From IMG/VR virus record IMGVR_UViG_3300025018_000087, positions 1 through 32,122 of that record: 32,122 nt of DNA; one strand, 5' to 3'. Below the pieces are notes generated by a model. The model did not search any database, was not told the origin of the DNA, and saw only the letters and a program-made list of their open reading frames with translations. This DNA is from a virus. Taxonomy: Duplodnaviria > Caudoviricetes. This document shows, piece after piece, positions 8,001-15,359 of this stretch (position 1 is the stretch's first letter; each line of letters opens with the position of its first letter). A program made the position numbers and the translations under genes.

Positions 8001-9753
8001 GTTAAGAGAGTACCAGCATGAGGCGAGCGATGCGCTTATAAATTCACTCTCGAATCGTGATTGCAATCCCTTGGTAGTAGCTCCTACGGGATCGGGAAAG
8101 TCGATTTTGATTGCCGAGTTTTGTAGGCGTGTTTTAGCGCTTAACAAGAATGCGCGAATCCTCATCGTTCAGCATCGGAAGGAATTAATTCAACAAAATT
8201 TTGATAAGCTTGTGCGGCTCATAAATGGGAGCGCATCGATCGGGATCTATTCCGCCGCTCTTGGATCAAAGCAACTCGGAAAGCATATCACATGCGCCGG
8301 AATAGCCTCGATATATCGCAATTCGTTTAAACTTCAAAAGATAGATTTTATTATTATTGACGAAGCGCATTTACTGCCATCGGATGGTGAGGGAATGTAC
8401 CAAACGCTCATCGCTGATTTACGAAAACGATCGAACGATCTTCGAGTTGTGGGGTTTACAGCGACGCCGTTCCGAATGAAGAGCGGATCACTTATCGGAG
8501 AAGACACGATATTTAACTCCATAGCGTACGATATATCGATGACTCGCCTAATTAGAGAGGGTTTTCTTTCCCCGCTTGTGTCCAAGGCGTCGCAAAAAGC
8601 GCCCGACATTTCGAGCGTTCAAATTTCTAAGGGCGAATATAAGACTGGCGACCTCGAGAAAGTGTATAGCAATGTTGCATTATTTGAGGCAACGCTCTCG
8701 GAGCTTCGAAAGTATGCAAGCGATAGAAAAAGGATTCTTATCTTTTGCTCATCAGTAAAACACTCTGAGGAGTTCAGTTTGTTCTTGCGCGAAAAGGGAG
8801 AGCTTGCAGAGTCAATTGTTGGGAAAAGCGATCCGTTATTTCGCGCCGAAATAATTGCAAAATTTCGAGAGGGGAGGATCCGCGTACTTTGTAACGTGGA
8901 CGTACTGACCACTGGATTTGATGCGCCCGAAACTGATTGTATTGTACTTCTCAGGGCAACGAAGAGCGCTGGATTGCTCGTGCAGATGGTGGGCCGGGGG
9001 ACTCGAAACGCTCCAGGGAAGTCGGATTGCTTGGTGCTGGACTTTGGCGGCAATCTCGAAAGGCATGGACCTGTAGATAGAATCAAAATCGAAAAGCGTG
9101 CCATAAAAGACGCAAGCGGAAAATTTCAGATCGTCGAAACACTGCTCCCTCGAGAGTATAAAGTGTGCAGTAAGTGCCGCTCGCCGATCTTAAAAGTGCT
9201 AGAAATTTGCCCCAAGTGTGGCGCGAAACAAACCCGAGAGATAAAACACGATCGAGTTGCAGCGGACATGCCGGTGACTAGCATCGATCCAGTTATCTTT
9301 GACGTGATTCGAACGGAGTTTGATATTCATCAGAAGGAAGGGAAGCCGCCAAGTCTTAGAGTGGGCTACCAGGTGTCAACTCGACTCACTGTTAATGAGT
9401 ATTTGTGCTTTGAGCATGGCGGGTATGCTGCTCAAAAGGCGCGGTCAAAATGGGAATTGTTTTTACGCCCCGACATTAAGGGCACGATCCTTTCCCCTGC
9501 CCTTACACAAATTGCCTATGAGCTTGCCGAGGATGGTGCGTTAAGACTTCCCAAACGCATCCGAGCTATCCGGGAGGCGAGATTTTGGAGAGTTCAGAGT
9601 TACGAGTTTCACGAGTCGGGGAACGACATAGCGGCGTTCCTCGCGTCCTATTCGTCGTCCGAGTCGCTAGGCTCTTCAGAGGACGCTCTTTCTGAGCCCT
9701 GGGACGAGGAAGAGGCGCTGGCCGACTTTGCTAGTTCATCCAGGAGATCGTGA
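7993..9753 (+). CDS. SF2 DEAH-box helicase (RadD/YejH-like) with zinc ribbon
   Basis: LREYQ, APTGSGKS, IIIDEAH, TATP, LTTGFDAP, QMVGRGTR, CSKC...CPKC. Start MLKL at 7993 overlaps the upstream stop (the ORF track starts at 7969). Confidence 0.92.
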   Translation: MLKLREYQHEASDALINSLSNRDCNPLVVAPTGSGKSILIAEFCRRVLALNKNARILIVQHRKELIQQNFDKLVRLINGSASIGIYSAALGSKQLGKHITCAGIASIYRNSFKLQKIDFIIIDEAHLLPSDGEGMYQTLIADLRKRSNDLRVVGFTATPFRMKSGSLIGEDTIFNSIAYDISMTRLIREGFLSPLVSKASQKAPDISSVQISKGEYKTGDLEKVYSNVALFEATLSELRKYASDRKRILIFCSSVKHSEEFSLFLREKGELAESIVGKSDPLFRAEIIAKFREGRIRVLCNVDVLTTGFDAPETDCIVLLRATKSAGLLVQMVGRGTRNAPGKSDCLVLDFGGNLERHGPVDRIKIEKRAIKDASGKFQIVETLLPREYKVCSKCRSPILKVLEICPKCGAKQTREIKHDRVAADMPVTSIDPVIFDVIRTEFDIHQKEGKPPSLRVGYQVSTRLTVNEYLCFEHGGYAAQKARSKWELFLRPDIKGTILSPALTQIAYELAEDGALRLPKRIRAIREARFWRVQSYEFHESGNDIAAFLASYSSSESLGSSEDALSEPWDEEEALADFASSSRRS

Positions 9754-9944
9754 CGCGACGAGGTCGGGAGGTGAGCCAAGAGGGCAAGGGCACGCTCAAA
9801 GGAGAGCTCCCGAACGTTACCGTATAGGACGGCGCGAATAGTCGAGTAGTTAATGCCCACTTGTTCGGCAAACCCCTCAAGCGAGCTATAGGGCACGAGG
9901 CGGAGGGCCGCCTCTAAGAGAATTTTGGAGAAACTTTTTTTCAT
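9648..9944 (-). CDS. XRE-family HTH repressor
   Basis: SLEGFAEQVGINYSTIRAVLYGNVRELSFERALAL; divergent from the small-gene operon; no peptidase S24 domain. Confidence 0.75.
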   Translation of the reverse strand: MKKSFSKILLEAALRLVPYSSLEGFAEQVGINYSTIRAVLYGNVRELSFERALALLAHLPTSSRHDLLDELAKSASASSSSQGSERASSEEPSDSDDE

Positions 9945-9960
9945 AAAACCTATCTTTTTT

Positions 9961-10004
9961 CTTGCTAGTATCCTAGTAAGGTGCTATTCTAGTATTATAG
10001 CAAG
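9961..10004 (+). promoter_or_regulatory. Strong sigma70 promoter with candidate operators
   Basis: TTGCTA(9962)-17-TATTCT(9985) with TGn extension; CTAGTA at 9965, 9973 and 9989; flanking inverted repeat CTTGCTA/TAGCAAG. Confidence 0.6.
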
Positions 10005-10021
10005 TTTGGAGGCAAAACACA

Positions 10022-10228
10022 ATGAACAAAGCACAGAGCATATTTGAGACGGGCGTCGCAAGAGTGGCTGTGTCAATCGCTAAGCAAGGCGAGCTTGTTG
10101 ACACAAAAAAACTAGCGACATGTTTTGGATTCACTCCTATGGCCATCTCTCGAGTCCTTCTCGAGACCTCCGGGATTAAGCCCTTAACTTGTAAGGCGGC
10201 GTTCCCACGCTATTTTGTTAAGGAGTAG
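10022..10228 (+). CDS. Small protein, possible HTH (Cro-position gene)
   Basis: GGAGG SD; DTKKLATCFGFTPMAISRVL resembles an HTH. Confidence 0.6.
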   Translation: MNKAQSIFETGVARVAVSIAKQGELVDTKKLATCFGFTPMAISRVLLETSGIKPLTCKAAFPRYFVKE

Positions 10229-10231
10229 ACA

Positions 10232-10393
10232 ATGACACTAAGAAAATGCGTTACGCTTGCACACTGGAAAGGTTGTGCGGTCTGGATACCGAACGCGGGA
10301 GAATACTATCTGATTGATCGATCAGGGAAGAGCTTTGCGCCGTTACGGTTTGACGACCTGGAACGATTATTTGTTTTTTTAAAGGAGCTATAA
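10232..10393 (+). CDS. 53-aa hypothetical protein (below the ORF-track cutoff)
   Basis: AAGGAG SD; MTLRKCVTLAHWKG...LFVFLKEL* fills the gap between its neighbours. Confidence 0.7.
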   Translation: MTLRKCVTLAHWKGCAVWIPNAGEYYLIDRSGKSFAPLRFDDLERLFVFLKEL

Positions 10394-10395
10394 AA

Positions 10396-10665
10396 ATGAG
10401 CATACAACCCAAAGAACTCGAAGAGTTCACCGAACGCCTAGAAAAGGCACGAAAACTTTATGCCTCCCTGCACTGGAGGACGCAGCATATTATTGAGTAT
10501 TTTCGCGACTATCGGGACGGCGCACGCGAACTAGAAGCGCGAATAGCCGAGCTAGTAAGTGACTATGAGAGCATAACAAAGGGTAACCACTGCCCGGTCT
10601 TGTTTGACCGCGCGGAAATGGGCCTCTGCGTTCTCGAAGACGAGCTCGATGCACTTAATATCTGA
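10396..10665 (+). CDS. Hypothetical helical protein
   Basis: AAGGAG SD, operon context. Confidence 0.75.
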   Translation: MSIQPKELEEFTERLEKARKLYASLHWRTQHIIEYFRDYRDGARELEARIAELVSDYESITKGNHCPVLFDRAEMGLCVLEDELDALNI

Positions 10666-10687
10666 AAAAACACGAAGGGGCACAAAA

Positions 10688-11275
10688 ATGAGATCATTAC
10701 TTTTTCCCGCTCTTCTTCTCTGCTCGTTCTCTGTTCAAGCCCAAACCGTATGCATAGGTGACAGCATAACCCAAGCTAAAGGAGCCACCGGGTTCTGTGA
10801 GCGTCTCGGCGGCATAAATAAAGGCATTGGTGGGCAGACCGCCATACAAGGACTTTCTCGATTTGATGACGACGTGCTGAGCTATAACCCCAAGCGCATT
10901 TTCATCGGCTTTGGCGCGAACGACGCCTATCATGCTCGGCCCATTCGGGCCTTCCGCCAAGAAATGTGCGAGATGATACGGCTCTCAAAGCACCGCAAGG
11001 TGATTCTCATGACGGCTCCGCCGCGCGTCGCTGACTACCAGGGCCAAACAATGGAGACACTCAACGAGCAAGAGCTTAAATATGTGAAGGTTGTCCGAAG
11101 ATTAGGCAAGCGAAAAAACATCGAGGTGATAGACCTGTTCCGCTTCATTAAGCGGCACAATAATGTGGACGGGATCCATATCGACTCTCTGCATTTTAAC
11201 GATGCGGGGTATGAGCTAATTTCCGCTAAAATTCAACGCCAATTGAGAAGAGAACGTAAGCGCCATGACAAATGA
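10688..11275 (+). CDS. Exported SGNH/GDSL hydrolase (esterase)
   Basis: Signal peptide MRSLLFPALLLCSFSVQA; blocks GDSIT, NKGIGGQT, GANDA, DSLH. ATG 10688 has an AAGGGG SD. Confidence 0.88.
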   Translation: MRSLLFPALLLCSFSVQAQTVCIGDSITQAKGATGFCERLGGINKGIGGQTAIQGLSRFDDDVLSYNPKRIFIGFGANDAYHARPIRAFRQEMCEMIRLSKHRKVILMTAPPRVADYQGQTMETLNEQELKYVKVVRRLGKRKNIEVIDLFRFIKRHNNVDGIHIDSLHFNDAGYELISAKIQRQLRRERKRHDK

Positions 11276-11360
11276 CGCGCAAGCGATTTGGTACAGAGGC
11301 TCGGCGGTCGGGAAATTTCGACAGGCGTTCGAAGGAATGGGGTGGCTTTATGAAAAGTAA
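11265..11360 (+). CDS. 31-aa hypothetical peptide
   Basis: MTNDAQAIWYRGSAVGKFRQAFEGMGWLYEK*; overlaps both neighbours by 11 nt, consistent with translational coupling. Confidence 0.35.
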   Translation: MTNDAQAIWYRGSAVGKFRQAFEGMGWLYEK

Positions 11361-11790
11361 TGTAATAATCACCGATGCTCACATGGTAACCATCAACATG
11401 CCTGGCAAGGCAGTGCGACTCGAACCCGAGGGAGACTCTGGGGTGATACGCGTGGACGGCTTCATGTATTGCCGGTCCTTGTCGGTAAAGGCCGGATGGT
11501 CGCTAAAGGCGCGGAGTGTTGTTAGCGGTCATTACTCCGTTCGGTGCGAAACGCTGTTGACTAGCTAGTTGTCATACTGGAGAGAGTTCTATGCCGCTAT
11601 GCCGCCGTTGTCGAGACACAAAGAACAAATTTTGGATAAAAATCTTTGCTGGGACGACTTACGCGAGCTAATACAACCAGACGCTGAGTCCGTCTGTGCG
11701 TGGGATGGTTGGCATCCCATTATTCGGGCACAACTGCAAATGTTTTTCGGGTTAAGGACCTCAGTGCCGGGAGAGGAGTTAAGAAGTTGA
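11350..11790 (+). pseudogene. Hypothetical phage gene interrupted by one in-frame TAG (11566-11568)
   Basis: ORFs ending 11568 and starting 11569 share a frame and abut: ...CETLLTS*LSYWREFYAAMPPL...; no SD before TTG 11569. Confidence 0.5.
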
Positions 11791-11800
11791 AGGAGGAGAA

Positions 11801-11989
11801 ATGACACCAGAACCAGAAAAAGAACCAACAATCGAATCCGCCGAGGATCTTCGCAAACTCTTAGACGAGGCCGGAATGCCCGATGTGCCAGTGTTCGAAG
11901 TCGATTTACCCGAGCTAACGCCCGAGGCGATGGACCAGATGAGGCGAGAAGCGGAGGAGATTTTGAAGAGGGAGGAAAAGAAAAAATGA
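11801..11989 (+). CDS. Small acidic hypothetical protein
   Basis: AGGAGG SD; Glu/Asp-rich 62 aa. Confidence 0.75.
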   Translation: MTPEPEKEPTIESAEDLRKLLDEAGMPDVPVFEVDLPELTPEAMDQMRREAEEILKREEKKK

Positions 11990-12060
11990 AAATACTTTTT
12001 ATTTTTTCCCTAATAATTATTCTAGTTCTTTCGGCGCTGATAATGGCAGAATTAGACTGA
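11986..12060 (+). CDS. 24-aa single-pass membrane peptide
   Basis: MKILFIFSLIIILVLSALIMAELD*; ATGA overlap with the previous gene and GGAGG SD. Confidence 0.55.
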   Translation: MKILFIFSLIIILVLSALIMAELD

Positions 12061-12906
12061 TCACCAATTCCTACTGATCAGGACCTGCGCATACGCATGT
12101 CGTCCATCCTGCCCTTTAAATTCTTCAGTTAAATATCGGTACTGATACTCTATTAACCAATCGTGAATTCTTGTTCCCACACCTAAGAATGTGGACGCTA
12201 CGAATGGGACTCTATCAACGACATAAGTATTGTCGCGGAACATTCTGCCATTAAGGGTAGTGTCATAAGCCACGCCATGCCCATCGATACCCGAGCGTAG
12301 GTATAGCTCCCATCCTTCATGGAAAAATCCGCGCTTAATTTCCGCGGCAACAAAGCTCTCAATCCTTACATTCCCAAATCTAACGCCATACTCGCTCGTC
12401 ACTTTGGCTTGCCCAATCCAATAATCCGAAACGTTAAAAAACTTATGAGAATAAATAACATCAAGGGCAGGTTCGCTTGGGTTTTGCGTTGACCATCCGG
12501 CGGGATGAACGCCAAGCCCCATCGTGTCATGAACAAATCTTTGTAGTGAATCGGTCCCCGAAGCATCTCCTAGAATACCGATCCGAACGGTGAGATCCTT
12601 GTTTTCTGCTATTTCTCCAGAAACACCAATATAAGTATATCCATCCCAAGGGCGATCACCTTCAGGAATTCCAGGATTTCTCTTGTCTCTCGGAGTATAC
12701 ATTTCATTCCCAAGAAGGTACTCGAGCCCATCACGTCCATAGCCAAGCTCAACTCGATCGGATAAATTTCGATCGAGTTGTCCAGGAATAAAGAAATCAT
12801 TTTCAAAATTAAGTCGGAAGGAATCGGCTATCAAGAGTGAGGGGATTAATGCCCAAGTAATTAAGAATAATATCAACGCCCGTTTCAAAATCTCTGTAAA
12901 GTTCAT
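12061..12906 (-). CDS. lpxR: LpxR-family (DUF2219) lipid A deacylase, outer-membrane beta-barrel
   Basis: Signal peptide, then FENDFF, DRNLS, GNEMYTP, DRPWDGY, GILGDAS..SLQRFVH, GWSTQ, YDTTLNG, TEEFKGQ and a C-terminal aromatic beta-signal (YAQVLISRNW). The ORF track extends to 13014, but ATG 12906 opens the signal peptide. Confidence 0.85.
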   Translation of the reverse strand: MNFTEILKRALILFLITWALIPSLLIADSFRLNFENDFFIPGQLDRNLSDRVELGYGRDGLEYLLGNEMYTPRDKRNPGIPEGDRPWDGYTYIGVSGEIAENKDLTVRIGILGDASGTDSLQRFVHDTMGLGVHPAGWSTQNPSEPALDVIYSHKFFNVSDYWIGQAKVTSEYGVRFGNVRIESFVAAEIKRGFFHEGWELYLRSGIDGHGVAYDTTLNGRMFRDNTYVVDRVPFVASTFLGVGTRIHDWLIEYQYRYLTEEFKGQDGRHAYAQVLISRNW

Positions 12907-13204
12907 AACAATATCCCGCATCAACCAATCTTTTTTGCCATAATTTTTGCTGTGGTGATTGCTTCCCTTTCGCTGTTTTTGTCTCAAGAAAAAGGCCGCC
13001 ATATGGCGGGGCAATGACGGCTAAAAACAGATCAGGGACTCCAGGCTTTAACCCTTCTCGCTTGAAGTAATTGACCCGCATAAAATCGCCATTCATTGCC
13101 CCGTTCGGTATGGCAATTAAATGATTCAAACGAGGATCGGAAACTGCAAACGCAATGCTCCAATCAACGATCCTCGATTGAATTCCATGCTCGCCTTTAA
13201 GCAT
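12809..13204 (-). CDS. VRR-NUC domain nuclease (putative Holliday junction resolvase)
   Basis: EHGIQ, AIPNG, EGLKPGVPDL, LFLETKTAKGKQSPQQ. Confidence 0.9.
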   Translation of the reverse strand: MLKGEHGIQSRIVDWSIAFAVSDPRLNHLIAIPNGAMNGDFMRVNYFKREGLKPGVPDLFLAVIAPPYGGLFLETKTAKGKQSPQQKLWQKRLVDAGYCYELYRDFETGVDIILNYLGINPLTLDSRFLPT

Positions 13205-13448
13205 TCTTATCCTTGTTTTTCTTCGAAAGATAGAGACTTGCTAGTGCGAGAATGAGCGTTGCTGACAACTCCCCAAGCGAGTTAAATGCATTTGTTACGA
13301 CGGCAGGATCGATGAGATCGCCCAATGTATGACCGCCGATGGCGAGGCCCAAGACGAGCCCCCCTAGTCCTGAAATGGCGTGGCGAATCTTGCCGCCTAG
13401 CTTATCACTTATGAAGAAATTGAATAAAAGATTTCTTAACATATCCAT
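13197..13448 (-). CDS. Putative holin
   Basis: 83 aa, two hydrophobic segments, basic C-terminus (SKKNKDK), dual-start-like MDM, IRHAISGLGG motif, AAGGAG SD, in the lysis region. Confidence 0.65.
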   Translation of the reverse strand: MDMLRNLLFNFFISDKLGGKIRHAISGLGGLVLGLAIGGHTLGDLIDPAVVTNAFNSLGELSATLILALASLYLSKKNKDKNA

Positions 13449-13467
13449 AATAACTACTCCTTAATAA

Positions 13468-14661
13468 CTAATGAAACGTGCCTTGTCTCATACTTGGATG
13501 AAACGGGCCAAACTTTACCCCACCCTCGACCAAGTAAACCCATTCGCTACCACTTTTTTCGAAGCTCTTTCGGGCAAAACTTGCTCCCGAATCTCCAGAT
13601 CCAAGCGCTGCATAATATCTATGACCACCTCCTTCGAAAGTTCCATAGTATTTTAAAGACCCGATCGGTGTGTTATTGCCCGAAAGAATTTTAACTTCAT
13701 TGCCTTTATATGGCGTGATATAAACTGGCTTGTTTGCTCTCCCGTCCCCTTCGCACTTATCTTCTGCCCATGGCTTCCAAATTCTCGGAGGGAGAATAGG
13801 CATTGCGGGAATTGGGGCAGGCCCAAGCGCATGAGAATACACCATCAAATCTCGCACCATAGACTCGGAAGGCCAGCGCGTTCTTGCTCGTGGATCTTGA
13901 AACTTGTCCTGACATCGACCGTTAAAAACATAGCTCCAAATATACGACGTGGAAGTAACTGCTTGATGATCGTTTAAATACTGAGGAACGTTCGTATCCA
14001 TTGCTTCCACCCCGTCGAGACTCACTATTGAGCCAATCGGGGAAGCCGTAAACCTTGGATGCCCTTCGTTTATTACGTTTACCCAAACGAAATTACTCAT
14101 TGAATTATTCACAATGCTTGCCCTTGGGCACGCCGCATGAACGATGCTTTCTTGCGCCCGGAAAGCTCTCTCACTTAAGTTGTGCTCAAGTGTTGGGGAG
14201 ATTTGAAATTCAACTTTTGGGTACTTTGAAAATAAGGCGCAATATAGAGCCACTCGATTCGAAAAATGCGTTGCTAAATTCCCTCCTCCAGATTCCCAAA
14301 TAGAATTAAAGGATGATACATTCATCCCCGCCATTGGCTCATAAGATCCAAGCTGATTGTTCCGAAGCCCTGGACCATTAAGGAAATGAGTTCTCCAGCG
14401 GATAACCTTTCCGGTATTCAAAATCGCCTCAATATTTGTTAGGTCCGTTCCAAATGTCCAATCGAGATTACCCCCTATATAATACGAGAGCCCTTCAATT
14501 TCGTTCAGCAAAAATGGAACTGGAAAATTTGGATGCTGAATCGCGAGTGTATCGTACCCAGTTGCGCCTAACCCAACTTCGATAGGCTCCAGTTTCGGCT
14601 CGCTACTAGAGCAAGAGACTACGATAAAAAGCATTAAGAGTGAGAGTATTCTTCTAATCAT
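13468..14661 (-). CDS. Large lipoprotein of unknown function (about 397 aa)
   Basis: MIRRILSLLMLFIVVS-C lipobox, Ser at +2. Start 14661 overlaps the endolysin stop (the ORF track starts at 14718). Confidence 0.8.
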   Translation of the reverse strand: MIRRILSLLMLFIVVSCSSSEPKLEPIEVGLGATGYDTLAIQHPNFPVPFLLNEIEGLSYYIGGNLDWTFGTDLTNIEAILNTGKVIRWRTHFLNGPGLRNNQLGSYEPMAGMNVSSFNSIWESGGGNLATHFSNRVALYCALFSKYPKVEFQISPTLEHNLSERAFRAQESIVHAACPRASIVNNSMSNFVWVNVINEGHPRFTASPIGSIVSLDGVEAMDTNVPQYLNDHQAVTSTSYIWSYVFNGRCQDKFQDPRARTRWPSESMVRDLMVYSHALGPAPIPAMPILPPRIWKPWAEDKCEGDGRANKPVYITPYKGNEVKILSGNNTPIGSLKYYGTFEGGGHRYYAALGSGDSGASFARKSFEKSGSEWVYLVEGGVKFGPFHPSMRQGTFH

Positions 14662-15094
14662 AGATCCATTTATCCTGTAATAGCGCAAGCACTCTGTTCG
14701 TTCGATATGGCCCCACATCTATCGACCATTTCGACTTACTCAGGGCCTCGATCGCTTCGATCATTTGCCCGTTCTCAATGCGTGCAATGGTATTAGGGAA
14801 CGAGCGCTGAAATCTGTCTTTCCCCATGTTGAAAATCAGATTCATTAGCCCCATCTGTTGATTTTGTGAGAGCCTTCTCCTCGTCTCTTTCGTGAATGTA
14901 GCTTCGAAATCTTCAATGGTTTGATTCATGTCATTAATGAACATAAAATTACATTCACTTTCGGAAATCCCGCGCCCTTCTAGATTCCTCCCAATACCAA
15001 TTGTGGGAATGCCCTTAGAATCTCGATAGACCTTGAGCCTTTTTCCTTCGTCAATGACGAGCATTTTCTTAAACGCTTCCATTAGATCGAGCAT
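14654..15094 (-). CDS. Endolysin, T4-lysozyme-like (GH24) muramidase
   Basis: DEGKRLKVYRDSKGIPTIGIGRNL (E-x8-D-x5-T triad), FNMG, SKW. Confidence 0.92.
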   Translation of the reverse strand: MLDLMEAFKKMLVIDEGKRLKVYRDSKGIPTIGIGRNLEGRGISESECNFMFINDMNQTIEDFEATFTKETRRRLSQNQQMGLMNLIFNMGKDRFQRSFPNTIARIENGQMIEAIEALSKSKWSIDVGPYRTNRVLALLQDKWIYD

Positions 15095-15359
15095 TCGCAC
15101 CCTCTACTGCAGAGATTCGTTTCTCATTCATTGAGATTCGAGCATCAACTACCTCAAGCTTCCCGATGATACGATCGAAGGATCCGGTCAATTTTGAAAC
15201 ATTGCTTGACAAGCCTTCAAGCGCTTTGTCCATTTTGTCGATTCGAACAATCGCGCCCATAGTCGTAGCCTTGAAGGTCGCAATCGTCCAAATTATACCT
15301 ATTACGATCGTCACGATTTGCAACGATATTAAACAGGCCTGTAAGATCGCGACATTCAT
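15069..15359 (-). CDS. Single-TM coiled-coil protein in the lysis cassette (holin/antiholin-like)
   Basis: N-terminal TM helix followed by heptad repeats; directly upstream of the endolysin. Confidence 0.6.
   Translation of the reverse strand: MNVAILQACLISLQIVTIVIGIIWTIATFKATTMGAIVRIDKMDKALEGLSSNVSKLTGSFDRIIGKLEVVDARISMNEKRISAVEGANARSNGSV

Noticed and set aside
11403-11430. tRNA-like 3' end on the minus strand (GGGTTCGAGTCGCACTGCCTTGCCA), possible attP or suppressor tRNA
   Set aside because: The T-stem does not pair, no acceptor or anticodon arms are evident, it lies in a coding region, and there is no integrase.
11566-11568. Genome-wide TAG recoding
   Set aside because: TAG is a normal stop for terL, portal, the lipoprotein and others, and the long genes are uninterrupted.
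11591-11671. 26-aa out-of-frame ORF MPLCRRCRD... with GGAG upstream
   Set aside because: It lies within the better-supported 11350-11790 frame and is too short to support.
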